Positions 9,852 to 20,500 of a stretch of DNA of 64,000 bases are shown here, in pieces. The first letter of the stretch is position 1, and every line of letters begins with the position of its first letter. Source of the DNA: Lysobacterales bacterium (GTDB lineage: Bacteria > Pseudomonadota > Gammaproteobacteria > Xanthomonadales > Rhodanobacteraceae); assembly GCA_038233665.1 (NCBI GenBank), contig JBBSVJ010000001.1, positions 13,781 to 77,780 on the forward strand. The letters are read 5' to 3'. The notes beneath the pieces are model-generated. The model was not told where the DNA came from. It worked only from the letters and a program-made list of their open reading frames with translations, and did no database searches. A program made the translations under genes and the position numbers.

Positions 9852-11723
9852 ATGCTGCGAGCCGCCATAGGATTCGTCTTTTTCTTCATCCTGCTTGGTT
9901 TCAGCGGCAGGGCCGAGGCGGGTTGCCTGTCGCCACCACCGAGTTGTCCGGCAGGTACGGTATGCCAGTACGCTTTCGAGTGCCGCAATGACTGGCCGGA
10001 TCCGCGCATTCCTTTCCGCATCTACGTGCCAGAGGCTTGCCAGTTTGGCGGGCGTTGTCCGCTCATCGTTTTCCTGCACGGCCAAGGCGAAATCGGCACT
10101 GACAATCAGGCCCAGCTCGGCAACAACGCCAATGGTGCGATGAAACTCGTGCAGCCGGCGAGGCAGTCCATCGAGCCGATGATCCTGGTCGCGCCTCAGT
10201 GCTGCCATGAGGAAAATGGTCAGTGGAACGGTCAGCAGGATCGACTGATCAACATGCTTGAACAAATTCAGAAAGATTATTCTTACGATCCTCAGCGGAT
10301 CTATCTGACCGGTTTGTCCATGGGCGGAGGCGGCTTGCTGAGTTGGATGAGCACCTACAACAAGGTTTTTGCGGCCGTGGTGCCGCTTGCCCCGCATCAG
10401 GGTTACACAGCGGGCGATGCGGCTTGGGCGCAGACGCCTGCCTGGTTTTTCCACGCCGCCAACGACGGCACTGCGCCAGTTGGTAACTCGCGCAACCATG
10501 TCGCCGCACTGCGCGACGGTGGCGGTGATCCGATCTATACCGAATACGCGAGCGGCGGCCATGGGATCTGGACGCAAAGCTATTCGAGCGACCATCTATT
10601 CAACTGGATGATTGCCCAACGGCTGGGCCGCGAGATGATGCCGGTCGTTCCCGCGTTGCGCATCTTGAGCCCGAGTGCGGGTCCGCTGTGGACAACCTCG
10701 GCGAGCGCAATTGATTTGAACGGAAGCGCGTCAGCCGGCGTAGGCGCGATCAGTTGGTCGAGTCCAACAAACGGCGGCAACGTCAGTGGAACCAACGCAT
10801 GGTCGGTGAACGATTTGCCGCTCGTGACCGGCGACCAGCGCATCCGCGTCACGGGTCGCGGTGCCAGCGAATACCCCAGTCTTGGGGGCTGGACCGATGT
10901 TTCCGACAGCTTGCTCGTGCGCACGCCCGTGCAGAGCAACGCTGCGCCGCGCGTTTTTATTCTCGCTCCGACGCGTGTCCAATCCAGCGAACGGATTGAT
11001 CTTTACGCGCATGTTCTTGACGATGGTTTGCCCGCGCCCTCGGCGCTGTCGGTGAGCTGGTCGTTTGAGAGCGGACCCGCAGCGGCCCAGCTAAGCGTCG
11101 ATCAGGCGGATGATCGTCACGTCTGGATTCCGAATGCGCCGAATGGCAACTACCGCATTCGCGCAGTGGTCAGCGATGGGTCGTTACAGAGCGAATTTGC
11201 CGCGACACTGTTGGTCAGTGATGCCGCCTCGTTGGCTATAGCGATCAATGCCGGCGGCAGCGCGCTAACCGCGGCGGATGGCACGCAGTTCGAGGCCGAC
11301 CAGTATTTTACCAGCGGATCAACATCTTCCAGCGCATCGGGTGCGGCGGCGATTTACGACACGCCGGATGATGCGCTGTACCAGAGCTACCGCCAGGGCT
11401 ACAACAGTTGGGGCTACGATATTCCGGTCGCAAATGGCGACTATCTGGTTATCCTGCATTTTGCGGAAACCTATAACCCAGCCAGCGTTGAAGGCGGCCG
11501 CGTGGCTGATATCCAATTGCAGGATCAGCTGGTTCTAAGCCAATTCAGCGCCTATTCGCTGGTCGGTCAGCGCGCTGCGCTGAGCTTTGCCTTCAACGCC
11601 AACGTCAGCAATGGCCTCCTCAAGATTCGAGCCAATCGCAGCGGCACAACGGGTGAACGAGCACGAATCGACGCGATCGAGGTGTTGCGTCTGGATGAAA
11701 TTTTCAGCGACGGATTTGAGTAG
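9852..11723 (+). CDS. Secreted modular protein: alpha/beta-hydrolase (esterase-like) + Ig/PKD-like + malectin domain
   Basis: Signal peptide after the AAGGA SD. PLIVFLHGQGE, GLSMGG, HAANDG and GHGIW catalytic elements. Malectin-type AINAGG...FEADQYF...LYQSYR...VILHFAE. Ends in DEIFSDGFE. Confidence 0.82.
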   Translation: MLRAAIGFVFFFILLGFSGRAEAGCLSPPPSCPAGTVCQYAFECRNDWPDPRIPFRIYVPEACQFGGRCPLIVFLHGQGEIGTDNQAQLGNNANGAMKLVQPARQSIEPMILVAPQCCHEENGQWNGQQDRLINMLEQIQKDYSYDPQRIYLTGLSMGGGGLLSWMSTYNKVFAAVVPLAPHQGYTAGDAAWAQTPAWFFHAANDGTAPVGNSRNHVAALRDGGGDPIYTEYASGGHGIWTQSYSSDHLFNWMIAQRLGREMMPVVPALRILSPSAGPLWTTSASAIDLNGSASAGVGAISWSSPTNGGNVSGTNAWSVNDLPLVTGDQRIRVTGRGASEYPSLGGWTDVSDSLLVRTPVQSNAAPRVFILAPTRVQSSERIDLYAHVLDDGLPAPSALSVSWSFESGPAAAQLSVDQADDRHVWIPNAPNGNYRIRAVVSDGSLQSEFAATLLVSDAASLAIAINAGGSALTAADGTQFEADQYFTSGSTSSSASGAAAIYDTPDDALYQSYRQGYNSWGYDIPVANGDYLVILHFAETYNPASVEGGRVADIQLQDQLVLSQFSAYSLVGQRAALSFAFNANVSNGLLKIRANRSGTTGERARIDAIEVLRLDEIFSDGFE

Positions 11724-11822
11724 TAGTCGGCACTGGGCTCTTTGTGGCCGCATCGCCGCGCGCTGACGCTTTTCTTCCAACCCGACCAAAAGCGTTCGAT
11801 CACAGATCGAACGCATCAAGAG

Positions 11823-12488
11823 CTATTCGCCTCTTGGCGGGTCACTGCCGGGCGACGTTACGACCGCGGATTGATTCGCCTGGCCTTGCTCAATGGTCCA
11901 GGTGACTACCTTGGGCATCAGTTGGTCGAGCGCTCTGGTGAATGCATCGGCCGCGCTGGCGACCTCATTGCCGGCAGCGGGCGACTCCTCGCTGAACGAG
12001 TGGCTGGCGACGATGCGGTTGCTGCGCCGCTCGAACAATTTGGCGGTGAAGCGGATCGCTGCACGCGGGGAGCCGTCGATGAGTTCTATCTGGAAATCAC
12101 GCAAATCGATGGATAGGGAAAAGTCACCGTTGAGTCCCGCATCCACCGGACTGACGCCGCGGATTCGGCCATCCTGGTCGAAAGCCTGGACAATCAGGCT
12201 GCGCAGCATGGCTGGCGCCGGATCGCGCCAGCGCGCGTTCGGGTAAACCTCCAGCACTCCGGGACGCGTCATGATCGCGATTCGCCGCGTATCCAGCGCA
12301 TCACTCGCATGCGGCGTATCAATCAGCAGCTGCCAATCGATTCGAGTGGTCGAATCGGCTTGTGCCACTGCGCTGACATGCAATTGCGGCGCATATACGA
12401 CATACGCATCGTGCTTGCCACTGAGTGCGGCACAGGCGCCGAGCAGCAGGCTCGTACCGAGAATCAAGAGTCGAGAACTGCGATTCAT
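11823..12488 (-). CDS. ABC-type transport auxiliary lipoprotein (PqiC-like)
   Basis: Lipobox LLGAC, P..S..LDTRRIA and ARWRDPAPAML. Last gene of the MCE operon. Confidence 0.85.
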   Translation of the reverse strand: MNRSSRLLILGTSLLLGACAALSGKHDAYVVYAPQLHVSAVAQADSTTRIDWQLLIDTPHASDALDTRRIAIMTRPGVLEVYPNARWRDPAPAMLRSLIVQAFDQDGRIRGVSPVDAGLNGDFSLSIDLRDFQIELIDGSPRAAIRFTAKLFERRSNRIVASHSFSEESPAAGNEVASAADAFTRALDQLMPKVVTWTIEQGQANQSAVVTSPGSDPPRGE

Positions 12489-13429
12489 TTCGGTTGGTAC
12501 TCCTTGGGTTGATCGCCTCCAAGCAGCAAGGTGTTCGAGCTGCCGAGCTTGTCACTGAGTTGCTTGAATGAGCGCAGTGTCTCGCGCAGATCGAGCAGAG
12601 TCGGGCCAATCTGGCGCAAGCCCTGGTCACTGAAGTTGGCAATCGCCGCCTGGTTCTCATCGAGCATGCGATCGGCGGATCCTGCGACACGTTCGATCGA
12701 GGTGATTGCCTTGTCGGTCGAAGCCATGACCTTGCGCACATCGTTATTGATCAGCTCATTGGTCGTGCTGGCCATCGTATGCAGGGTCGACAGCGTCGAT
12801 TTCAGTTCGCCGCTGGCATCGGCGAGTTGGGTCAAGGCCTTGGCCATATCGCCACGCTGATCGGCGATGGTCGATGCAATGGTGTCGAAATGTTCAAGCG
12901 TGGCCGAAACGTGGTCGACATTCTCCTTGGACAATAACTGACCGATGCGCAGCAGCGATTGGTTGACGCTGGTAACAATGTCATCCCCGGAGGACAGCAA
13001 CTTCGACAGCGCCGACTCCTTGGCCAGGATGATCGGAATGCGATGTTCATCGCTAGGCAGCAATCTTTTGCTTTTTGGTGATCCGCCGCTGAGCTGGATA
13101 AAGGCGGATCCGGTCACGCCGAGCAGGCCGAGCTTTGCCTCGGTGTCGATCTTGACCGGCGTGTCACCATCGAGACGAATACGTGCGATGACCTTGCGCG
13201 GATCATCAGGGGCGAGCTTCAGTTGGGTCACTTCGCCGACCTTGATGCCGTTGTATTGCACCAGTCCGCCCTTGGAAAGGCCGGTGACGGCTTCGGTGAA
13301 AATAACGTCGTAGTAGCCAAACTCTCGATCGGCACTGGTTTTCGATAGCCAGAGCACGAAACCGAGACCGAGCAAAAATGCAAGGATGGCAAAGGTGCCG
13401 ATGAGTACATGATGGGCGCGGGTTTCCAT
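12485..13429 (-). CDS. MlaD/MCE family protein
   Basis: METRAHHVLIG, one TM helix, GLSKGGLVQYNGIKVGEV and a long helical C-terminus. Confidence 0.9.
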   Translation of the reverse strand: METRAHHVLIGTFAILAFLLGLGFVLWLSKTSADREFGYYDVIFTEAVTGLSKGGLVQYNGIKVGEVTQLKLAPDDPRKVIARIRLDGDTPVKIDTEAKLGLLGVTGSAFIQLSGGSPKSKRLLPSDEHRIPIILAKESALSKLLSSGDDIVTSVNQSLLRIGQLLSKENVDHVSATLEHFDTIASTIADQRGDMAKALTQLADASGELKSTLSTLHTMASTTNELINNDVRKVMASTDKAITSIERVAGSADRMLDENQAAIANFSDQGLRQIGPTLLDLRETLRSFKQLSDKLGSSNTLLLGGDQPKEYQPK

Positions 13430-13433
13430 AAGA

Positions 13434-14237
13434 TCAGGTGCCTGCGTTGGGGTGTTTGGGATGATTGCTGACCGCGCGTTGTGCGGCGCGGCCGCGCGGA
13501 CCCTGGAAGTATTCCTGGATCCAGGGCTCGTCGACTTTTTCAACCACTTCGAGTGTGTCGGCGACAAGAATGTGTTTTTTCGCGAGCACGGCCACGCGAT
13601 CGCAAATGGTGTACAGGGTATCGAGATCGTGGGTGATCAGAAAAACCGTCAGGCCGAGACTGTCGCGCAAGGTCAGGATAAGTTGATCGAACGCGGCCGC
13701 TCCAATGGGGTCAAGCCCGGCGGTGGGTTCATCAAGGAAGAGGATGTCCGGATCGAGGGCCAGCGATCGTGCCAGCGCAGCGCGCTTGACCATGCCGCCC
13801 GAAAGCTGGGAAGGATATTTATCCGCTGAATCAAGTGGCAGACCAGCCAGCGCAATTTTGAGCAGCGCCAGGCGATGAACGATGGCCGGATCGAGATGAT
13901 GATGTTCGGTCAGCGCGACTGAAACGTTTTCTGCGACCGTCAGCGATGAGAACAACGCGCCGTTTTGGAACAGCACACCGCAGCGGCGGTCGATCAACGC
14001 GCGTTTTTCATCGGACATCGTGGCAACCTCTTCACCAAACAGGCGAATGCTGCCGGCGGCCGGGTGGCCGAGGCCGATGATCGAACGCAACAACACGGAT
14101 TTCCCCGAGCCCGAACCACCGACGACGCCGATGATTTCGCCGCGCTGTACATCAAGATCGAGATTTTCGTGGACCACCTGCTCGCCAAACTGATTGCGCA
14201 GTCCGCGAATGCGGATGATCGGCTCGGGCGCGCTCAC
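13434..14237 (-). CDS. ABC transporter ATP-binding protein (MlaF-like)
   Basis: Walker A GGSGSGKS, signature LSGGM and Walker B LFLDEP. Confidence 0.93.
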   Translation of the reverse strand: MSAPEPIIRIRGLRNQFGEQVVHENLDLDVQRGEIIGVVGGSGSGKSVLLRSIIGLGHPAAGSIRLFGEEVATMSDEKRALIDRRCGVLFQNGALFSSLTVAENVSVALTEHHHLDPAIVHRLALLKIALAGLPLDSADKYPSQLSGGMVKRAALARSLALDPDILFLDEPTAGLDPIGAAAFDQLILTLRDSLGLTVFLITHDLDTLYTICDRVAVLAKKHILVADTLEVVEKVDEPWIQEYFQGPRGRAAQRAVSNHPKHPNAGT

Positions 14238-15346
14238 AGATTGATCTCCATGAAGAAGATAGCGGCAATCGCATCGATCAGAATGACCACGAAAATCGAT
14301 TGCACGACACTCGATGTGGTGTGCGAACCAACCGATTCAGCGCTGCCGGACACCTTGAAACCTTCCAGACAACCGATCGCGGCGATCAGAAACGCAAAGA
14401 TCGGCGCCTTGCTCATGCCGACCCAGAAATGACGAACGGTGGTCGTCTCGTGCAGGCGCGTGAGAAACATCAGCGGCGAGATATCGAGCGCAAGCACGCA
14501 AACTGCCGCTCCGCCGATGATTCCGGCGAGCATGCCGACCAGGGTCAGGATCGGCATCGACACGAGCATGGCCAGCACGCGCGGCATGACCAGCACATCA
14601 ACCGGTTCGAGGCCAAGAGTGCGGATCGCATCGACTTCCTCGCGCGCTTTCATCGAGCCAATCTGTGCGGTAAACGCGCTGCCGGAGCGGCCGGCGACCA
14701 TGATCGCGGTCAGCAGGACGCCGAATTCGCGCAGAAACGAGTAGCCGACCAGCTCGACCGTATAAATGCTTGCGCCGAACTCCTTGAGAACGGTGGCGCC
14801 GAGAAAAGCCACTACGGCGCCGACCAGAAAACACAACAGAGCAACGATCGGCAGCGCATTCAAGCCGGTCTGCTCGATATGCGAGATGGTTGACGTCGTG
14901 CGCCAGCGACGCGGCACCAGCACGCTGCGACCGAATGCGGAAAGAATCAGGCCAATGAAGCCGATCAGATCGATCGCATTGGCCCAGAAGTTCTCCAGCG
15001 CCACGCCGATATTGGCGATGCTGGCGATAAAGCCTCGTTCCTTGCGCCTTGGCTTGGCGGGTGGCGCGTTTTCGGCCTTGGAAACCGCCGCGATCAGCTT
15101 GCGCGTCGCCTCGCTGGCGACCTCGATGCGCTGCGGATCTTCTCCTGCCAGATCAAGCAGATAGCTTGCTCCTGCCGTATCCACGCGTCCGATAGAGCGC
15201 GCATCAACACGAACGTCGGCCGCCGCTTCACGTTGCAGGCTCGCGCAAAGGCGCGACAAGCCCGCGATGTGTTCAAGCGTCCAGTCACCGCTGATGGTGA
15301 TGTGGCTGCCCTCTGGGCCCAGTTTTGCGTGACCTTGTTCACTCAT
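14234..15346 (-). CDS. MlaE family ABC permease with N-terminal STAS-like domain
   Basis: GRVDTAGA STAS-like motif, REFGVLLTAIMVAGRSGSAFTAQIGSMK and EEVDAIRTLG. Start at MSEQG. Confidence 0.92.
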   Translation of the reverse strand: MSEQGHAKLGPEGSHITISGDWTLEHIAGLSRLCASLQREAAADVRVDARSIGRVDTAGASYLLDLAGEDPQRIEVASEATRKLIAAVSKAENAPPAKPRRKERGFIASIANIGVALENFWANAIDLIGFIGLILSAFGRSVLVPRRWRTTSTISHIEQTGLNALPIVALLCFLVGAVVAFLGATVLKEFGASIYTVELVGYSFLREFGVLLTAIMVAGRSGSAFTAQIGSMKAREEVDAIRTLGLEPVDVLVMPRVLAMLVSMPILTLVGMLAGIIGGAAVCVLALDISPLMFLTRLHETTTVRHFWVGMSKAPIFAFLIAAIGCLEGFKVSGSAESVGSHTTSSVVQSIFVVILIDAIAAIFFMEINL

Positions 15347-15480
15347 GCGCGAAAGGTTATCAGCAAATTTCCCGATCCCCTTGAACCGGCGCCGAACAAG
15401 CCCTTCGCGTCGCTTCAAATGAAATGTTCAGGCTTGCGCCAAACCTTCATAATGTCGACGCGCCTGTCTGGATTGCCCGA

Positions 15481-16716
15481 ATGACCACCGCTCCACTGAC
15501 CACCCGCGTCGAATTCGTCGTCGAACTCGCGCGACGCCTGCACGAGTACGGAACCGCCGCACCGCGGCTTGAGGCGGCGATCATTCTCGTTTCTCAGCGG
15601 TTCGGCTTGAGCTGCGATCCGTTGTCGACGCCGACTTCGATCATCATGTCGTTCTCGCAGCTCAATGACGAGGGCAGCGGTGTCGCCGAGTTGACCCAGG
15701 TGCTGCGTTTGCCGCCCGGTGAGGTCAATCTCAAGAGTTTGTGCCTGGTTGATGAGATTGCAGACCAGGTCTTCAATGGCAGCCTCGATCTGGCCGAAGG
15801 GCGCCGCCGCCTGCGGGCTGTCGGTGCGCAGAAACCCGGTCGGTTTTCAACCTTGATCACCTTGGCCGCCTACGCAATTGCCTCGGCCTGCGTCGCGGCG
15901 ATCCTGCTGACTGGGTGGGCCGGTGTCATGACTGCGGGCTCGATTGGTTTGGTCACCGGCGTGACGGCGATCAGCGCGCGCAAGCGACCGAACATCGCCG
16001 CCGCGTTCGAAGCCATTTCTGCGTTGATGGCGACCATCATCGCCACCGTGGTCGCTGTGTATTGGGTACCGATCCAGGTGCGCTCGGTGGTCGTCGCGAG
16101 TTTGATTATTCTGCGTCCCGGCATGAGTTTGACCGCCGCGGTGCGCGAACTGTCGAGTCAGGATCTGGTATCCGGCACCGCGCGTATGGCCGGAGCCATG
16201 GCGGTCCTGTTGAAACTGGCTTTCGGCACGGTCGCGGCAACCCAGGTTTGTGCGCTATTTGGCCTGGTGCCACCGCCAGTGCCTTTGCTGGCGATTCCGC
16301 CGTGGACCGAATGGGTGGCGGTGCCACTTGCAGCGCTCACGTTTGCGATCACGTTTCGCAGCCCAAGGCGCTATTTCCCCGTCGTGATGGGTGCGGTCAT
16401 TGCCGGTTACATCTGCACTCGAGTCGGCGGCGCTTATGTGTCGGCGGCGTTCGGTGTGTTTGCAGGCGGATTGTTGCTTGGTGCCGCGAGCAACGTTTTT
16501 GCGCGCTATTTCAATCGCCCCGGTGCACTGATTCGCGAGCCCGGCATCATTTTGCTGGTGCCCGGTAGTGTGGGCTTTCGAACCTTGAATTTTGTCTTCG
16601 AGCGCGACGTGATGCTGGGTCTGGATACCGGCATGACCTTGGTTACCTTGCTGGTCGCCCTCGTTGCTGGCCTGCTGTTCGGCGATCTGCTGGTGCCGCC
16701 GCGGCGCAAGCTGTGA
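15481..16716 (+). CDS. Threonine/serine exporter family protein (ThrE-like)
   Basis: LARRLHEYGTAAPRLE, PGMSLTAAVREL and PGIILLVPGS, with about 10 TM helices. Confidence 0.88.
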   Translation: MTTAPLTTRVEFVVELARRLHEYGTAAPRLEAAIILVSQRFGLSCDPLSTPTSIIMSFSQLNDEGSGVAELTQVLRLPPGEVNLKSLCLVDEIADQVFNGSLDLAEGRRRLRAVGAQKPGRFSTLITLAAYAIASACVAAILLTGWAGVMTAGSIGLVTGVTAISARKRPNIAAAFEAISALMATIIATVVAVYWVPIQVRSVVVASLIILRPGMSLTAAVRELSSQDLVSGTARMAGAMAVLLKLAFGTVAATQVCALFGLVPPPVPLLAIPPWTEWVAVPLAALTFAITFRSPRRYFPVVMGAVIAGYICTRVGGAYVSAAFGVFAGGLLLGAASNVFARYFNRPGALIREPGIILLVPGSVGFRTLNFVFERDVMLGLDTGMTLVTLLVALVAGLLFGDLLVPPRRKL

Positions 16717-17390
16717 CCCTGTTTGCGCGTCTGCCGCGCTGGGTATTCGCCGGGGGTGCCTTGCTCGCATTCATCGCCGGCATCATCAATGCGACTGGCT
16801 TTCTTGGTGTTCAGCATCAAGGAATTACCCATCTGACCGGCACGACGACCCTGCTCGGCATCGCAATCGGTCAGCACGATATGCCCATGGCAATCCACTT
16901 TGCCATGATGATCGGGGCTTTCATGGCCGGCTGCGTGATCAGCGGACTGATCATTCAGGATTCGACCCTTCGCCTCGGCCGTCGCTATGGCGTTGTGTTG
17001 GTGCTGGAATCCCTGCTGCTGGTGGCGGCCGTCCCGTTGCTTGTGCATGCCAACGTCAGCGGGGACTATCTCGCGTCGGTCGCTTGTGGTTTGCAGAACG
17101 CGATGGTCAGCACCTACAGCGGGGCGGTGCTGCGCACGACGCACTTCTCGGGCACCTTGACCGATCTCGGTATCTTTCTCGGCCATCGTTTGCGCGGGCT
17201 GCCGGTCGATGGGCGGCGCATCCGTCTGCTGCTTGCCCTGGTCCTGGCATTCCTCATTGGAGCGGTCGCTGGTACATGGCTATTCACCGCATTCACTTAC
17301 CATGCGCTATACGTACCGGCTGCGTTGACCGGAGCCGGCGGCGCAGCCTACGGACTTTACCGGCACTTCGAAATGCGCCGTAAAGGCTGA
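16713..17390 (+). CDS. YoaK/DUF1275 family membrane protein
   Basis: LAFIAGIINA, THLTGTTT, GLQNA and RTTHFSGTLTDLG. Overlaps the upstream stop by 4 bp. Confidence 0.88.
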   Translation: MTLFARLPRWVFAGGALLAFIAGIINATGFLGVQHQGITHLTGTTTLLGIAIGQHDMPMAIHFAMMIGAFMAGCVISGLIIQDSTLRLGRRYGVVLVLESLLLVAAVPLLVHANVSGDYLASVACGLQNAMVSTYSGAVLRTTHFSGTLTDLGIFLGHRLRGLPVDGRRIRLLLALVLAFLIGAVAGTWLFTAFTYHALYVPAALTGAGGAAYGLYRHFEMRRKG

Positions 17391-17578
17391 GCGACCTACT
17401 TGAATCGGGTGGCAAACAGCGTAACCGCGTTGAGTGTTGTTGATATGCGCGCATCAGAGGCTCGCAGATGGAGAAGTATTGAAGCGGTTCGCCGTATCCG
17501 CGCAACCCTCACGCGCGCCTCAGGCTGGTTGCTGGCTTTGCTACAACCGATCCCCCATTTCTCATTTCCAATTCCCGC

Positions 17579-20500
17579 ATGAGTGATCTGTCAAAACTCA
17601 AATCCGCACTCACCGGCGTATCGACGCGTGATCGCGGCCGTCTGATCGGGCGCTGGCGACGACTGGAGAAAGAAGGCGAGGCGGTCAACACCGAGCAGGT
17701 CGCGAAGTTGGCGGCTGAAATCGAGGCATCGACGGCGAACGTTGCAGCTCGGGCAGCGCGGATGCCGGTGATTCGTATCGATGAGTCGCTACCGATCGCT
17801 GCGCGTAGCGCAGAAATCATCAAACTGATCCGTGAGCATCAAGTCATCGTGCTGGCGGGCGAGACCGGTTCGGGCAAAACCACACAATTGCCCAAACTTT
17901 GTCTGGCAGCCGGTCGCGGAACGGCAGGTTTGATCGGTTGCACGCAGCCGCGTCGGATCGCTGCGCGAACGGTTGCGCGACGCGTGGCCGACGAGTTGGC
18001 CAGCACCGTTGGCGACTTGGTGGGTTTCCAGGTGCGCTTTACCGAACAGGTCGGCGACGCGGCCCTGATCAAATTCATGACCGATGGCATCCTGCTCGCC
18101 GAAACTCAAGGTGATGCCTGGCTCAGCCGTTATGACACGATCATTCTCGACGAGGCGCACGAGCGCAGCCTGAATATTGATTTTCTGCTGGGTTACCTCA
18201 AACGACTGCTGGCGAAGCGCCGCGATCTCAAACTGATCGTGACCTCGGCGACCATCGATACCGCACGCTTCGCTGCGCATTTCGACAACGCGCCGGTGGT
18301 CGAAGTCGAAGGCCGCACCTATCCGGTCGAGGTGCGCTGGCGACCGCCACCCGAGCGCGGCGAAACCAGTTCGGTTGAGCAGATTGTTTCAGCTATCGAC
18401 GAAATTACCGCTGAGGATCCTCGCGGCGATGTATTGATTTTTCTCCCCGGCGAGCGCGAAATTCGCGATGCGCATCTGGCGCTGGATCGGCGCAACTATC
18501 GCGAAACCGAGGTGCTCGCGCTTTACGCGCGACTTTCGGCAGCCGAACAGGATCGCGTGTTCAAGCCCGGATCAAAACGGCGCATCGTGCTGGCGACGAA
18601 TGTCGCCGAGACGTCGCTGACCGTGCCGCGCATCCGCTTTGTCGTCGATACCGGCAATGCGCGGGTAAAGCGCTACAGCCAGCGCGGCCAACTTGAGCGT
18701 CTGCACATCGAGCCGATTTCCCAAGCCGCCGCCGACCAGCGCAAGGGACGCTGCGGACGTGTCGCCGCCGGTATCTGTTATCGCCTGTATGCCGAGGATG
18801 ACTACACCGAGCGCCAGCGCTACACCGATCCGGAAATCATGCGCACGTCGCTGGCCGGGGTGATCTTGCGCATGCTCAGTCTCAAGCTCGGTGATGTGGC
18901 AGATTTTCCCTTCGTCGAAGCGCCGCCCGAGCGTGCGATTGGCGACGGCTATCGTCGCCTGATCGAGATCGGCGCGATCGACGAGCAGCATCGCCTGACG
19001 AAAATCGGTTCGACCATTGCCAGCCTGCCGGTGGATGTCGCCTTGGCGCGCATGCTGATCGAAGCGCAGCGACTCGGTGTCTCGCGCGAACTGATGATTC
19101 TGGTTTCGTTCCTGAGCATTCAGGATCCGCGCGAACGACCGGCTGACGCGCGCCAGCAGGCCGACGCCGCGCATGCGCAATTCACCGACCCGAAATCCGA
19201 CTTCATCGGCGTACTCAATCTCTGGGCTGCTTACGCGACCGCCCACGAAGAATTCACCCAATCTAAATTGCGCGACTGGTGCCGCGCGCATTTCCTCTCG
19301 TTCATGCGCATGCGCGAGTGGCGTGAGTTGCATCGGCAGTTGCTTGTGGGGCCGGGCGTCGGGAGTCGCGATGCGCTGGTAGAAAGGCCTCGATTGGAGA
19401 ATCGGGAGTCGAGAGTCGGAAGGAGCCGACGCAAAGGCCAGTTGAACAACCAGGTCGACGCCATTGAGAGCAAGGCTGGCCTGCCTGGAGCCGCTCTAAC
19501 CGTTTCCCATTCCCCTTTCCCGAATCCCGACAACGGCGAAGCTATCCACCGTTGTCTGCTCTCAGGCTGGCCGACCCAAGTGGCGCGCAAGGATGAGCGC
19601 AATCAATTTCGTGGCACACGTGAACGCAAGTTCGCGATCTTTCCAGGCTCGGCTCTGGCAAAATCTCCGCCGCAATGGGTGCTGGCCGGTCAGATCATTG
19701 ATATCGGCAAGGTCTACGCGATGCAGTGCGCACGCATCGAGCCATTGTGGATCGAGCAGCAGGCCGCGCACCTGATTCGGCGCAGTTGGAACGATGCTCA
19801 CTGGTCGCGCAAGCGAGGTGCGGTCGTCGCTTACGAGCAGATCAGTCTGTTCGGGCTGATTCTGGTCGAGAAACGCGCCGTGCAATTCGGCAAGCAGGAT
19901 CCAGTGCTTGCGCACCAGATTTTCGTCCGCGAGGGACTGGCAACGGGCGAGATCGATGCGCGCGCCGATTTCATTCGTGCCAATCAGCGAACGCTCGCCC
20001 AAGCGCTGGAGATCGAAGCCAAGCAGCGGCGCTCGGGTCTGCTCAAGTCGCCTGACGAGCTGGTCGCGCTGTTCGATGGGAGATTGCCAGCCGACATCCA
20101 CACCAGCGCGGCACTCGATGCCTGGTATCGAAAGGCCAGTCCGGCTGAGCAGGCAGCTTTGCGGTGGTCGCTGGCCGATGTCCTGTCCTCGACACCGGGG
20201 CTGGCCGCAGAAGATTTTCCGACTTCTCTGACCGTGGCCAGCCAGGATCTTCGCCTGGATTATCGTTTCGTACCCGGTGATTCGGCAGATGGCGTCAGCA
20301 TCCATTTGCCGTTGGCCTTGGTCAATGCCTTGTCGGCATCCGCCTGCGAATGGCTGGTGCCCGGCTTGCTGATCGAAAAAGTCAGCGAACTGATTCGTGG
20401 ACTGCCAAAAGCATTGCGCCGCAATTTCGTGCCGGCTCCGGATTTTGCGCGCGCCTTTGTCGAGTCGCTGGGGCCAACGAAATCGACCCGCGAACGACCG

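Noticed and set aside
11823-15346. MCE ABC operon as a novel system
   Set aside because: MlaE(STAS)-MlaF-MlaD-PqiC-like lipoprotein is a common arrangement.
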